From: the human T2T-CHM13v2.0 reference genome, Homo sapiens
Direction: 5' to 3' (one strand)
Assembly (NCBI RefSeq): GCF_009914755.1
Contig: NC_060926.1
DNA length: 64,000 bases
The notes under the pieces were generated by a model. It searched no databases and was not told the origin of the DNA. It saw only the letters and a program-made list of their open reading frames with translations. Positions 30,537 through 50,710 of this stretch are shown here, piece by piece (the first letter of the stretch is position 1; each line of letters opens with the position of its first letter). The position numbers and the translations under genes were made by a program.

Positions 30537-30990
30537 CTAAGGCAATTGGTTATACATCTGATTGATAAAAGATAATTGATAAGAGAAAGTGATTTCCATC
30601 TCACAATATTTATAAAAACGGACAAAATTTTTAAGGTTTAAATATGGAAAACAAACAAACTTTTACTGAAAAGCAATAACATAAACTTTAACTTCAAGAC
30701 ACAAACTGGGAAAAAATGTAGTGTATGTTTTAGCCATCAGGAAATGCAAATTTCTTGGATTTGATAACTGAGAATATGATGACCTTCAACTAATCCACAA
30801 AAAAAGGCAAAGAGTCCTTATAAAATGAGCAATGTATATAATCGTAGTCATAATGTTCAGTCATAGTAAAAGAATAGTAAATCAAAATAAAATCAAAACT
30901 TAGTTATCAATTTATATTCATAAAGCTGACAAAAATTAAAGTGTCTGATTGTCAAGTAAGGATATGGAGAAATGAGAATTCTCATGGTGT

Positions 30991-31624
30991 TGATATAGGA
31001 GTTAAAAAGAAATTAGTTAGGCAGATAGTGAGGGTAAGAGAGTCCGTAGTAAGGTTTTCCTTTTACTAAACAGTAGTCTCAAAATCATTTCTTTTCTAAC
31101 AAAGAGCAGCCTGTGAAATTGAGCTGCAGACATAGATAAGCAATCTGGAAGCTTGCACTGGTGAATGGTGGCAGTTGTGCCAATAAGAAAGGGCTACCTG
31201 GGGGCTAGGCATGTTCAACATGGCGGTTTCATCTTCCCTTTACTTTGTCAACCATGTATACAGTAAGGAATAGACAACATGGTACCTGCCAGATAGAGAA
31301 CCCATCTGCTTAATAAAGATTATGCAAGTAGGGTGGCCAGCTTCCTCTGGTAATATGTAAATGACACACCTGGTCCAACCAATCTTTGGGCCCTATGTAA
31401 ATCAGATACCACCTCCTCAAGCCAGTCTATAAGACCCTCGTGCACTTGGCTGTGAATTGGAAGACATTTGGGCGCCCCTCTCTCTCTCTGCAGGAGAGAG
31501 AGCTGTTTGCTTTCTTTAGTCTATTAAACCTCTGCTCTTAAACCCACTTTTTGTGTGTCCACATCCTTGATTCCCTTGGTGTGAGACAGTGATCCTATTT
31601 ACCACAGACAATGACACCACTTCA
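30991..31624 (+). mobile_element. MER50-like ERV1 solo LTR
   Basis: Starts tgatataggagttaaaaagaaattagttaggcagatagtgaggg, ends ...cacttca; TSD gtgt/gtgt; TATAA and ATTAAA motifs inside. Confidence 0.85.
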
Positions 31625-33437
31625 GTGTTATAAATGTTACAGTGACTTTGTAGAGGAATTTGGCAATTTCTAATGAAGTTGGAATTTGGCATTATACTCT
31701 TTAACTCAAAGATTTCATACATAAGTAAATCTCCTAGAGAAACTCTGGCATATCACACGAACAGACATCTGTTATAAGATTCACTGTAGTTTGCTTTTCA
31801 TCATTTAAAGTTGGAGACAACCTAAATGGTCATCAATAGTGACTAGGTAATTACATCATGGTATATATGAAACAAAAGTTAAGAATATATTAATTATAGT
31901 TGCAAATATGAATAAGGATCTACATTTTGAATAAAAAGGGAAATTGCAGAATGTGTGCACTATCATTTTCTAAAGTTTAAAAACTGGAAAGCAAAACTGC
32001 ATACTGTTTGTGGGTACATGTACATGTACAGAATAATAAAATCAACATATCTTAGGAAGAACAAGATTTCATTTTAGGAATAGTTATCTTCTATAAGAAT
32101 GTGAGAAAATTATTTGGGAGATAGTAAGAAGATAGGCTTCATTTTCTAAAAACATTTTATTTTTTTACAAAAGTTACTCTGGAAAATATAGGAAGTTGCA
32201 AAATATTTTAAATCTGGAGGATACTCACAAGAATATTAATTATATTCTTTTCAACTTTCTATATGGTTAAATATTTCATAATATGACTCATGGGAGGAAG
32301 TTAAACAGTACTATTAAAGCTTTATACATTATTCTAAGAGAAAATAATTTTGGTGCAAGCTACTAGAAAATTTTCAAATAAATATGAGATTATTTTATAT
32401 CTGTCACTCATTTCAATTATTGTATGTGGAACACTAAGCTTGAAACTAATAAACTACCTAAACGTATTTTCTAAAAATCCAACCTACAGTAGTAGAAAAA
32501 ATTTTAAAATCTCCATTATTGATGTGACTTTTAGCTTTTGGAAAAATTTTTCTGCAATACCTGTTTTCTGAGTTTTGGATCGTAAACAAGCTAATAAAAT
32601 GAAATCCTCAGTGACTAAGCATATGAAAGTCAGGGTTAAGCGCAAATAAAGTACCATACATTTTGATGGCTGTGACATATAATAGACTGTTTTTATTACA
32701 TAATTTATCTTTCAATTTGATTCAATTTTCCTTTTATTTGAATAGTCAGTAGTCTCTTTCCCCATTAGTACACTTTTTTCCTCTTCATACTTTCTTAGAA
32801 TGTAATTTTAAAAATATGTAACACATAAACTTCCAATTTTTTTAGCTTTTCACTTTAAAAAACAATTTGTTTATGACTGTACAATTTCTCACACTAACAC
32901 ATGTCATACACATCCAAAATTCTTTATAAGCTGATTCTGAAATCAGCTTCTTTTTATGCCATAAAACAAAAAATAACACTCACATATATTAAGATGTTTG
33001 GAAAACAAAATGATTAAGGAATTGTTAAGAAAGAAAGACATATGTCTTACAAAAGAGGAACTTATAGACAGTGTTAACAAAACAGGCTATAACCTCAATT
33101 ATGAATGAGTTTTCTATTAACGTATTTTCAATTAAAACAGCACAGAGTAAAAAAATTGAATATTTCTTGAATAAACATTAATTTCTTAATATGGTGAAAA
33201 GAATAGCAACTGTGTCACATTTACTATATACCAGCCACTGTGCTTTACATGCACTAAATGTTTACTTATCAGATCCTCTCCAAAACTCTGTAATTTAGGT
33301 ACTATCATTATCTTATTTAGATCAGGAAATAGAGGCCTGCTGAACCTGATTAATTTTACCAAATATGAAGAGCTAGAAAATGGTAGAAATGGGAGTTAGA
33401 CTTAACAGTTTGTTTTGAAGTCCATGTGTTTAGCCGC

Positions 33438-33732
33438 TTTTTTTTTTTTTTGAGACAGAGTCTTGCTCTGTCGCCCAGGCTGGAGTGCAGTGGTGCGAGC
33501 TCTGCTCACTGCAACCTCTGCCTCCCGGGTTCAAGCAATTCTCTGCCTCAGCCTCCCGAGTAGCTGGGATTACAGGCACCCACCACCACGCTCAACTAAT
33601 TTTTTGTATTTTTAGTAGAAACGGGGGTTTCACCGTCTTGGCCAGGATGGTCTTGAACTCCTGACCTCATGATCCACCCGACTTAGCCTCCCAAAGTGTT
33701 GGGATTACAGGTGTGAGCCATCGCTCCTGGCC
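33438..33732 (-). mobile_element. AluS inserted in a MIR
   Basis: Antisense Alu; TSD gtgtttagccgc/gtgtttaaccac. Confidence 0.95.
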
Positions 33733-35097
33733 GTGTTTAACCACTATATTAAGGAAGAAAGGGTAAGCAGTTACATCTTAGTTGCTGCAAGTTGGCCTAT
33801 CCTTGTTGATTTTTCTCTTGCACATGACAAAACAGAAACATCCTCACTGATGGACATTTTCAATTTGAGCATTTTCATCTCCTTACTTCCTGAAGTATTA
33901 GCCTCATATGTTCTCAGTCTTTTAGATTTTACATTTTAACAACAAATATTTGATTTTTTGCAAGAGGGCCACAATAATCATTTAATCACTGGTAAATTGT
34001 AAATGTGAGATAACGCATGTGGTTCTTGGTTCTAATACGTTGAAATATATTCAGTTTATTTACTTTGTTTCAGAGAATTGAGAAGGATTAGTAAGCACAT
34101 TTGGCTGAAAATGGGTTACAGGGGCCTGATAAAATCTTACAAATGTTTGATAGTTATAATTGGCATAGTTCTGCATTCCTTCCCTTCCTCAATTATCTGT
34201 AAGAGCTGACTCTTTCTCTTTAGGTATGCGTGACTAGCCCTACATTTATGAAATAGATTTCCTATTCTTTCTTTTTTTCTACTGTTGTTCTAATAATGGA
34301 GTAAAGGACTTCTATTAGTTCATTTATTCAAACATTCAACAAATATTTACTGAGCATCTACTTTTTACTAGTCACAGTTCTAATTGCTGAGGATACTATC
34401 TGAGCATATAGTAGTAAACTAGAGCTAATGTTTGAATGTGGGAGAATATATCACTTCCTCTGTCTCTTCCATGCCCACCCAATTCTCCAGTGGAAACTAG
34501 TTCAATTAACGTATAGATTTTAGGTAATCTTTTAAGTTCCACAGCAGATGTTGGGCTTTTTCTAGAATGCTGTAATTCTTAGAATGCCTATGGCAAGAGA
34601 TCTTTTTGAAAGATAATAATATTAGACAATTCCTGCTTGATGATTTTGATTCATTGATTGCCATGCTACTGGGAATACAATTTAAAAAGAATTTGAGGAA
34701 ATCTTATACTATTTGGCTTCTAAGAAAATCTCCTTGCTTCCTGAAGTATTACCCTTATATGTGTTCAGCCTTTTATATTTCAAACTTTAACAACAAATAT
34801 TTCATTTTTCATAAGAGGTCCACAAAAACCATTAAATCACTGGTAAATTATGAATGTGAGATAACACATGTGGTTCTTGAAGATAAGGTGGCATAGACCC
34901 ATTATTTTTTTTGTTCCTCCTCACTAAGCACAACTTTAAATAAACCCTGGTAATAATACAAGAGGCAATCAAAGGAGAGCAAGATAGTAGGAGGAAAAGA
35001 GTTGGTTTGGGAATCCCAGGACTGAAGGAACAACGGTAGCAGGGCATCTAACTTTAACCTACCTAGTAGAGATACGTCACGCAAACCTGGTACTTCC

Positions 35098-35313
35098 TGA
35101 CTTCCTGGGTTCAAGTTATTCTCCCGTCTCAGCCTCCCAAGTAGCTGGAATTACAGGCATGCTCCACCACACCTGGCTAATTTTTGTATTTTTAGTAGAG
35201 ACAGGGTTTCACCATATTGGCCAGGCTGGTCTCGAACTCCTAACCTCAGGTGATCAGCCCACCTCAGCCTCCCAAAGTGCTGGGATTACAGGCATAAGTC
35301 ACTGAGCCCAGCC
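35098..35313 (-). mobile_element. AluS lacking its 3' ~70 bp and tail
   Basis: Starts at cttcctgggttcaag; no poly(T). Confidence 0.9.
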
Positions 35314-35928
35314 TGAATAATACTCTCCTTTCAACTGCAAATACTAACTTTGAATTTAACCATGCTTGATTTTAAATTTAAAATATTAAAAATTTTAAAT
35401 TATTTTTACATTGTGCTCATTACACATATATTGGATCTGTCCTTTGTTGCATGCTTCTAATCTTGCATGAATTTTAATGAGACTTTTGAAGTTTATAATG
35501 TCAAATGTGTCTCATGTTTAATTTTTTTTTATAAGAAACGCAGGAATGCTTTAAAGGTTTTGAAAACATTTTTTATTTGTTTTCTTAACCTTTTTCAACA
35601 TTCTATACCTTTTCTAATGCTTTTACTTATTTTTTTTCAGAAATAAATTTGCTATTAAAATCTTGCTATTATTAATCTTGTTATTTGAATTAAAAAACAA
35701 ACATGAATTCAAAATGCAGTTAGAATTCTTAAATATAACAGAAGTGATTATCAGAAGAAACCTCAGAAGTATGAGTATTCTCCACACTTTTTAGTAAATC
35801 TTCTTTATGTTTATGTACCTTTATTTGAAATTCATTTTTAAAGGAGTCTAATTGCTGTAGATGAAGATAGAATACCAAGGGGATTTGATTGTGATATTGT
35901 GTATTATTATAGTTAAAATGCAAGTAAA

Positions 35929-36224
35929 AGCTGGGCATGGTGGCTCACACCAGTAATCCCAGCACTTTGGGAGGTGGATTCCTTGAGCTCAGGAATTTGA
36001 GAGCAGCCTGGGCAACATGGCAGAACTCTCTCTCTACAAAAATTACAAAAATTAGCCAGGAGTGGTGATGTGTATCTGTAGTCCCAGCTGCTTGTGGGGC
36101 TGAGGCAGGAGGATCGCTCAAGCCCAGGAGGTTGAGGCTGCAGTGAGCTGTCCTTGTGCCACTGCACTCACTATAGCCTAGGTAACAGAGTGAGACCCTG
36201 TCCAAAAAAAAAAAAAAAAAAAAA
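35929..36224 (+). mobile_element. AluJ
   Basis: Contains ggaggatcgctcaagcccaggaggttgaggctgcagtgagct; A tail; gcaagta duplicated at the flanks. Confidence 0.93.
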
Positions 36225-37713
36225 GGCAAGTATAATGTGGACACAGTTAGATTGATTTTGAGTTATATTGTTCTTATTCAATTAGATCATTTTCTTTCTT
36301 CTGGAACATCCATAGTTAGTGAACACGATGTGGAGTAGGGGGCAGAAATTATGGGGCTTTCTCATTTTTTTGTCTTGACACCACAGTTCCCTACATTTGT
36401 TCCTTTCTGTAATTGGGTTAATAACAGGTTGAAAGAAAAATTGTTCTCTGAGATATTATAATCTGTAGCAAGTGACTCAGGGAGCATTTTGCACCCCAGA
36501 ATGATGAAAAAGCTGTTGGTTTGTGTCCTGTCTTGGAAAATGTTAATGGATATATGGAAGAATCTCACATTGATCTAGAATTTGTCCCTGAATCAAATTC
36601 TGTCCTGAAAGAGCTGGAAAGGATTGCTGAGAGGAATGAAATAAGGCAAGTGACTCTCTGCTTTGCTCTTCCCGTGGCTAGATTCTCTTTTTTCTAAGCA
36701 GGATTTTTCTATCTTCATGTTAGAAGGTTATTCCTCAATAAACAGAGTGTGCTGAGCATAATTTACCCTTTTCTTGATGACTCAGGCTTATCATAATGAA
36801 CATTGGTTAGGATACTCAACTGTATTAGAAAGAAGCCCTTAAGAGCTATTAAGGTATGCAGTACTGTTTGCCCTGACTGACTAACTGCTCCCAGATGATC
36901 TAAATGTTCCAGACTGCAGTCACTCCTCAGTACAATGTAGACTAAACTGAAAATGTGTTCTTGTGGGCTGCAGGGAGATATGTATAGGGCTAAATCCAAA
37001 CATAATACTGTTACGCTTGCCTCTGTTCTTTGAAGTAAAAATTCTCCTCCCTAATTGTTAGCCACTGCATGAAGATTTGCCATTATCATTCCAAATCTAT
37101 CTGAGGGCACAAATGATTATTTCCAGGAGTAATAAGAGAACTGGGTATTTAATGCCAAACTTAATGATTTATGCAGCAGGCAGCATCACCAAGGGAAGAA
37201 CTTAGTCCTCGTAATATAAAACACATTCAAAAGGAGATCTCTGTTCCTCCAAAAATCATCTCAGTTCTAAATTTAGTTCTTCAAAGTAACATACTCTATA
37301 AATAATATTTGTCACAAAATTTATCAGAGTTCTGTTAGTTCTGCTCTCCAAATACAAACAACATAGGAAGGGTTAAAAGCCTGTTATTTATTATTATGAA
37401 GTAGACTATTTGAATTATTTTCATCCTAATGTCTTATTAAGGGACTCAGATTTTTTGATGGATGACAAAGGTCAGGGAAAAGAAAAGATAATTTTGAAAA
37501 TTCAAATATTTTTGGCAGGAGGGTGGTATTTTAGATGGGGATGTCACAGTGAGAGATTTGAGCCTTCATAAGAAGGTCCAATGAAGACAGTGGGCATTTA
37601 CGAAGGAAGAGAAGTAGAACCACGGGAAGGAGAAAGCAAGAAAAAAAGACAAGCAAAACCTCAGGGAGTTTTTTTTTTTTCTCCTTCTAATTTACTTTTA
37701 AAAATAAGGACAT

Positions 37714-37735
37714 GTGAGACTCTGTCTCAAAAAAA
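37714..37735 (+). mobile_element. Extremely truncated Alu 3' end with TSD
   Basis: gtgagactctgtctc plus A7, flanked by tttaaaaataaggacatg and tttaaaaaaggacatg. Confidence 0.75.
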
Positions 37736-39188
37736 TTTAAAAAAGGACATGCTTCACTATATTCAATTCATTAAAAAAGTATATACATGTTGAAATGGAA
37801 TAGATAAATAATATTTAAATGCATTAAAATAATTTTTTCAAAACAAATTTCACATTTATTATTCAATAATTTGATTTTCTATAATAATAATTAAAGAAGT
37901 TTTCATAGAAATATCAATATAGGATATTTAAAAATGTACAGTAACATAGTTACTGTTTCACAAACATTATACATACGTTGTTAAAGTGGTTAAGGTAATC
38001 CAACTTTCAAACTGATAATTATCATAAACTTTTCTGTTTACTCTAATTTTCTTAATGCCTCTGTTCCCTTAGTTACAAATAGGTATCTTAATATCATGTT
38101 AAATTTCAAAGATATTAAGGAGAAAAGTTTTAACCTTTAATACTGTGGTTAATATCCTGAGCAACAACAATAATATTGAGAACATAGTTCAATAAAATCT
38201 CACATGTGTATGATAGTTAATAGTTTTGAAATGAATTTTAAAAGTATGTATTCTTATTTTCTTAAAACTCCCTGATGTGAAAAAAAAAAGTTCTCCTATT
38301 TTTATAGGAAAAGGTAAATGAGGCCCAGAAAATTAAGTTTTTGTAATCGGTGACACAAATAGTACATCATAAATTTATAACTATAATTTAGTTATTAGTT
38401 TTGGAGATTTGATCTTTTTACTAGGGCACCTGAATCCATGCCCTAGGGCATGCTATTCCCCATAAAGCCAGAAACCAAAGTACATTATTTGTGAAGTTTT
38501 AAATATGAAGAAAACAATTTAAATACAAAATATTAAATGGAAGAAACATGAGAGGAATCATTTTCATTTGTTGCTAAAAATAAAACTATTTTTACTATTA
38601 TATGTTTGCTAATTATTTTAAATATTTTAGGTAGCTTTACGTTTGACATATCCATTAACAGGAATAAAATTATCGTTTTTATTTTTCATGGAGAAGATAA
38701 TTATTGGTATGTGTTCACATGTTATTTATATTACTTTTTCTTTTAAATCTGTTTCTAGCTGAATGCTTACAAACAATGGTTATAACTGTCATTATAATGT
38801 TAGTAAATAGTTTGGTCTATTGATATTCATTCCAGATGTCTACCTATTAGTCATTCACATTTCACATTTATAATATATATTCTTCAAAGAAGTATAATAA
38901 CAAGCTTCTAGTGCTTTTTGCATAGCTGAAAGATCAAAAAACTTGAAAACTGATTAAAAACTAAATCCAATATATGCTATCTACAAGGGACCACAGCGAA
39001 AACAACAGCAACAAAAACAAAACAAAACAAAAAACAAAGTAACTTAATAAAGCTAAAATAATAGGATGAATAATCATCCAGCAAACTGATATAAATAGAA
39101 ATCAAATAAGAGACAAAACTCAAAAAAGGGCAAAGTTTGCCATTTTATAATCTGTATTGGATTAGTCCTTTTAAACTTTTAAAAAACA

Positions 39189-39501
<313 letters not shown>

Positions 39502-39537
39502 TTAAGAAACAGTTTCATGCTGTATATGATGGTTCTA

Positions 39538-39740
39538 CAGTGGGAACTGGCCAACTATGGCTCATGGGCTGGCTACTTGTTTTTGTACATAAAATTTTTT
39601 TGGAACACAATCACATCTACTGATTTATGTATTGTCTATGGCTGCTCTAGCTCTCCAGGGGCATAGTTGAGTGGTGGTAACAGAGAATAAAAATGTATGA
39701 CCTGTAGTCCTAAACTATTTAATTTCAGACCATTAAGAAA
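39538..39740 (+). mobile_element. MER58A-like hAT-Charlie DNA transposon
   Basis: aactatggctcatgggc...ttttgtacataaaatttttttggaacaca...tgtctatggctgct...agttgagtgg. Confidence 0.75.
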
Positions 39741-41239
39741 CAAAATATAATGTACTGGGAGAATTTTGTATTAAGAAGTTGTGATATCTCTTATAACAAA
39801 ATCAGATCAAAGTAATATTTAAAATTTACAGACAATAGTGGACATTTGCCATTCATGGCTCGCCAATATCTTTATGTTCCTTTTATTTTTCTGTTTGTTT
39901 CCCACAAGGGCAGAATCTAGTCTCATTTTTATCTATGGAACCAGTTCTACCAATCCAGTTAGATCAGTGTGAGACCTGAATGTGTGGAAGAAACTTTGTT
40001 GTTTGCAACTAAAGGCACTGATTGACACATAAAGCAATCCTGCTTATAAATATAAGGGAAAAACTCTAAAGCATATTTTAGCAAATATGATTCACCATAT
40101 TATTAACAGGTAATTACAAGTTGGTAAATATTCCTGGAATCAAGTGTGGCAAGATCAAATTCTTCAAAATTCAAAGACACTTTAATATCAACACAAACAA
40201 GAAGAGAAAGATTAACTTCAATATGGTGAAAAATATCTCAAGGTGGGGAAACTGTCTTATGTTGACACATTAGAGGCATCTCTACTATAATCACTAATGC
40301 AGTAAGAATCAATATTAATTTTGTTAAACTAATATGAGAAACAACCACTACATCCACTGGAAATGGAGGAGTTAAGTATTTGTTTCCATAGAAAATCTAA
40401 TTAGAATTCAGTAGAACAACAAGAAAGTTTAATAAACTAGCATATAAAAAGCAAAATTTTAAAAAATATATACTTTTATGTGTTATTTTATCAGTTAGAA
40501 ATCTGTCAGAATATAAATCCACTACATTTATGGGAATATAATATTTAGTAATTAGAATTTACGTAATCCTGGATAAGCAGAAAGAGAATTTCTGGAAGGG
40601 TCTAGGGAGTTCAGAGATCAGAGGAACAGCAACGAATCATAATTCACTGAGGCACTAGCATGGGTGAAAGCATGCAAGTTTAGGAAAAATCTTCAAAATT
40701 GTATGTGACTGGCCATTGAAGAGGGTCAAGCCAAGGGGGAGCTTTTGGAGAGATCTGAAATTTGCTGACTGTGTAGCAACTGTTACCTCTTTAAAAACAT
40801 ATCTCTGGACCAACTGCTGCTCCTCTGTGAGATTTGCCCTATCTGTGGGTTTGTATCTGGTGGTAGACACGGAGCAGTGGGTGTTTGGTAGGGCAAGCAG
40901 CTGGAAAAATGTATAGGGAAGAGAATAAGTCAAGCTGTGCCTCTCAGGGAGCAGTCATCATTGGATCTGTCAAACATGATCATTATGTGAGTAATTGCCA
41001 GTGCTTCACTTGCACTTCCAAATCACATTTACAATCCGGTCTTTGGCAAATGTAATGTAGAACAGCACAGGGAAGAGGTCTGGGAAATGGATTTTCCAGC
41101 CTTACTTAGAAACAGTAGTGTCAGGTTAACAAGAAACAATCCAGCACAATCAGCAATAACAATGGAAAAAAATTTTACCAAAAAACCGTTGATCAAGATG
41201 GCTTCCTCAGTGATTTATATCGAATATTTGTACCTTTTG

Positions 41240-45672
<4,433 letters not shown>

Positions 45673-47816
45673 GTTGTTTTCTCCTCCCTTTAGAGCAGGG
45701 TTGAGGTTGAGCATAGCAGAGGAGACAAAGGAAAAAAGAATGAAAAACAATTAAGCATCCTTACAAGATCTAGAAAATAGGCTCAAAAGGGCAAACTGAA
45801 GAGTAATTGACCTTAAAGAGGAGGTAGAGAAAGATATAGGAGTAGAAAGTTTATTCAAATGGATAATAACATAGAACTTTCCAAACCTAGAGAAAGATAT
45901 CAATATCCAAGCATAAAAAGGTTATAGACCACCAAGTGGATTGAACTAAAAGACTACTACCTTAAGGCATTTAATAATCACACTCCCAAAGATCAAGGAT
46001 AAAGAAAGGGCCCGAAAAGCAGCAAGATAAAAGAAACAAATGACACACAATGAAGCTTTAATACATCTGGCAGCAGACTTTTCAGTGGAAACCTTACAGG
46101 CCAGGGGAGAGTGGCATTATGTATTTAAAGTGCTGAAAGAAAAAAACAAAACAAAAAACTTTTATCCTAGAATATTATATCCAGTGAAAACATCCTTCAA
46201 ACTTCAAGGAGAGATAAAGGCTTTCCCAGACCAACAAAAGCTGAAGGATTTCATCTATACCAGGCCTTTACTATAAGAAATGCTAGTACTTCAGTTAAAA
46301 AGAAAAGGATATTAATGAGCAATAAGTAATCATCCAAAGGTACAAAACTCACCAGTAATGGTAAGCACACAGAAAAACGCAGAATATTATAACACTGTAA
46401 CTGTGGTGTGTAAACTACTCTTATTCTAAGTAGAAAAACTAAACAATGAACCGATAAAAAAACTACAACAACTTTTTAAGACGTAGATAATATAATACAA
46501 TGTAAATAGAATCAACAAAAATTTTTTAAAATGGCACGATGAAGTTAAGGCATAGTGCTTTTCTTTGCTTTTTTATTTGTTTATGAAAAAAGTGTAAAGT
46601 TATTATTAGGTTAAAATAATGGGTTGCAAGATGGTATCTGTAAGCCTCTTGGTAACCACAAATGAAAAAACATGCAATGAATACACAAAAAATAAAAAGC
46701 AACAAACTAAATCATATCATCAGAGGAAATCATCTTCAATAAAGGAAGACAGGAAGGTAAGACAAAAGGAAGAGAAGAATACAAAACTACAAAAATAACA
46801 AAATGGCAATATTACATCCTCATATATCAATAATAACATTGAGTGTAAACGGACTGACCTCTCCAATCAAAAGACAGAATGGCTGAATGGATGAACAAAC
46901 AAGGCCCAATGATCTGTTGCTTACAAGAAATACACTTCACCAATAATGACATATGTAGGCTGAAAATAAAGGTACAGAAAACGATATTCCATGCCAAAGG
47001 AAGCCATAAAGAAGCAAGAGTTGCTATACTTATATCAGACAAAATGGGTTTCAAGCTGAAAACTCTAAGAAGAGACAAAGACAGTCACTATTTAATACAG
47101 GGGTCAATTAAGCAAGAAGGTATAATAATTTTAAATATATATGTACTGAACACTGGAGCACCCAGATATATAAAGCAAACATTATTAGAGCTAAAGAGAG
47201 AGATAGGCCCTGATACAATAAGAGCTGGAGACTTCAAAACTTCACTTTCAACATTGGACAGATCTTCCAGATGAAAAATCAACAAAGAAACATTGTACTT
47301 AATCTGCACTACAGACCAAATGGATCGAATATATATTACAGAACGTTTCATTCAAGGGATACAGAAAACACATTCTTTTACTAAGCACATGGATGATTCT
47401 CAAGGATAGGCCATATGTTAGATCACAAAAGAAGTCTTAAAAATTAAAAAAAAAATTGAAATAATATTAGGCATTTTCTTTGGCCACAATGGAATAAAAC
47501 TAGAAATTAATAACAAGAGGAATTTTGGAAACTATACAAATATACAAAAATTAAGCAATATGCTCCTGGGTGACCAGTGGGTCAGTAAAGAAATTCAAAA
47601 GACAATTGAAAAATTTATTGAAACAAATGATAGTGGAAACAAAACATACCAAAACCTAGAGGATGCAGCAAAAGCAGTGCTGAGAGAAATGAACAGCTAT
47701 AAGTGCCAACATAAAAATAAAGGAAAAACTTCAAATAAACACTCTAACTATGCATCTCAAAAAAACTAGAAAAACAAGAGCAAATCAAACCCCAAATCAG
47801 TATAAGAGAAATAATA

Positions 47817-48167
<351 letters not shown>

Positions 48168-50710
48168 TCAATAAGAAAGATTAATGAAACAAAAAGTTGT
48201 TTTTTGAAAAGTTAAAGAAAATTGGTAAACCTTTAGCCAGACTGAGAAAAAAAAAATAAAAAGAGAAAAGATAGAAACAAATCAGAAATAAAAACTGGTA
48301 CAGCAGAAATTCAAAGGATAATTACTGGCTATTATGAGCAACTATGTGCCAACAAATTGGAAAATCCAGAAGAAAGAGACAAATTCCTAGACACATACAA
48401 CCTACCAAGATTGAACCCAGAAGAAATCCAAAACCTGAAGAAACCAATAAGAAATTATTAGATCAAAGTTATAATAAAAAGTCTGCTAGTATAAAAAAGC
48501 CCCAGGACCTGATGGCTTCACTGCTGAATTCTACCAGACATTTAAAGAAAAACTAATACCAATTCTACTCAAATTATTCCAAAAAACAGAGGAGGAGGAA
48601 AACTTCCAAGCTAATTATATGAGGCCAGTATTACCCTGATACTAGAACCAAACAATGACACATCAAGAAAAAGAAAACTATAGGGGAAAATATCTGATGG
48701 ATGCAAAAATCCTGAACAAAATACAAGCAAACTGAAGTCAACAATGCATTAGAAAGATCATTCATTGTGACCAAGTGGGATTTACCCATGGGATGCACAG
48801 ATGGTTCAACATATGCAAATCAATCAATGTGATACATCATATCAACAGAATGAAGGAAAAAAGCTATATGATCATTTCAATTGATGGTGAAAAAGCATTT
48901 GATAAAATTCAACATCATTTTGTGATTAAAAAGTCTCAAAAATTGAGTATAGAAGGAACATACCTCAACATAATAAATAAAGGCCATATGTGACAGACCC
49001 ATAGCTAATATCATACTTAATGGGGAAAAAATGAAAGCCTTTAAGATCTGAAACATAACAAAGATGCCCACTGTCACCACCGTTTTTCAACATAGCACTG
49101 GACGTGCTAGTTGGAGCAGTCATTCAAGAGACAGAAATAAAAGACATCCAAACTGGAAAAGAAGAAGTGAAATTATTCTTATTTGCAGAGTATCTGATCT
49201 TATATTTAAAAAAAAAAAAACTAAAGACTGCACAAAAAAGCTATTAAAACTGATAAATTCAGTAAAGTTGCAGGATACAAAGTCAACATATAAAAATCAA
49301 TAGAATTTCTACATGCCAACAGTGAAGAATCTGAAAAAGAAATAATCAATAGACATAATTGCCACAAATAAAATTAAATACTTAGGGATTAACATAATCA
49401 AGGAAGTAAAAGATCCCTATAATGGAAACTACAAAATAATGATGAAAGAGGACATAAAAAATAAAAAAATTCATGTTCATGAATCAGAAGAATCAATATT
49501 GTTAAAATGTCCATACTACTCAAAGCAGTCTACAGATTTAATGCAATCCATATGAAAATAGCAATGACATTCTTCACAGAAATAAAACAAAAATCTAAAA
49601 TTCATATATAATCACAAAAGACCCAGAATAGCCAAAGCTATCCTAAGTAAAAATAACAAAACTGGAGAAATCACATTACCTGACTTCAGATTATACTATA
49701 GAACTATAATATCCAAACAGAATGGTATTGTCATTAAAACAGACACATAGACCAATGGAAAAGAATAGAGAACCCTGAAATAAATCCACACAACTATAGC
49801 TATAAGTGCCAACATAAAAATAAGTGCCAACTCATTTTTGACAAAGGTGCCAACAACATACCCTGGGGAAAAGGCAGTCTCTTCAATAAATGGTGCTGGG
49901 AAAACTGGATATCCATCTGCAGAAGAGTGAAACTAGGCCTATATTTCTCACCATATACAAAAATCAAATGAAAATTACATTAATGACTTAAATCTAACTC
50001 CAAACTATTAATCTACTACAAGAAAACATTGGAGAAACCACCATGGCATTGATTTGGGCAAAAATTTCTTGATCACTAAATACCCCACAAGTACAGGCAA
50101 CCAAAGCAAAAATGGACAAATGGGATCACATCAAGTTAAAAAGCTTCTGCACAGCAAGAGACACAATTAACAAAATGAAGAAACAACCCACAAAATGGGA
50201 GAAAATATTTACGAACTGCTCATCTGACAAGTGATTAATAACCAGAATATATAAGGATCCCAAACAACTCTATAGAAAAAAAAAATGAATAATCCCATCG
50301 AAAAATGGACAAAAAATTTGAATAGACATTGCTCAAAAGAAGACATACAAATGGCAAACAGGCATATGAAAAGATGCTCAACGTCATGGATCATAAGAGA
50401 AATGCAAATCAATACTACCCCAGTTAAAAAGGCAATAACAAAAGTCGAGCAATAACAAGTGCTGGTGAGGATGTGGAAAATAGGAAACCCTGATACACTT
50501 TTGGTGGGAATGTAATTAGTGCAGCCACTATAGACAACAGTTTGGAGGTTCCTCAAAAAACTAAAAATAAAGCCCCCAGATGATCCACCAATCCCACTGC
50601 TGGGAATATACTTAAAGCAAATTAGTATATTGAGGAGATATCTGCACTCCCATGATTGTTGCAGCACCGTTCACTATATCTAATATTTGGAAGTAACCTA
50701 AGTGTTCATC

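Larger units (their letters stand above)
29380..32290 (+). mobile_element. Highly degenerate L1MC/ME 3' region hosting the two LTRs
   Basis: ttaggaggatttacactactagat, ggagacaacctaaatggtcatcaatag and an L1M 3' UTR-like tail. Confidence 0.6.
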
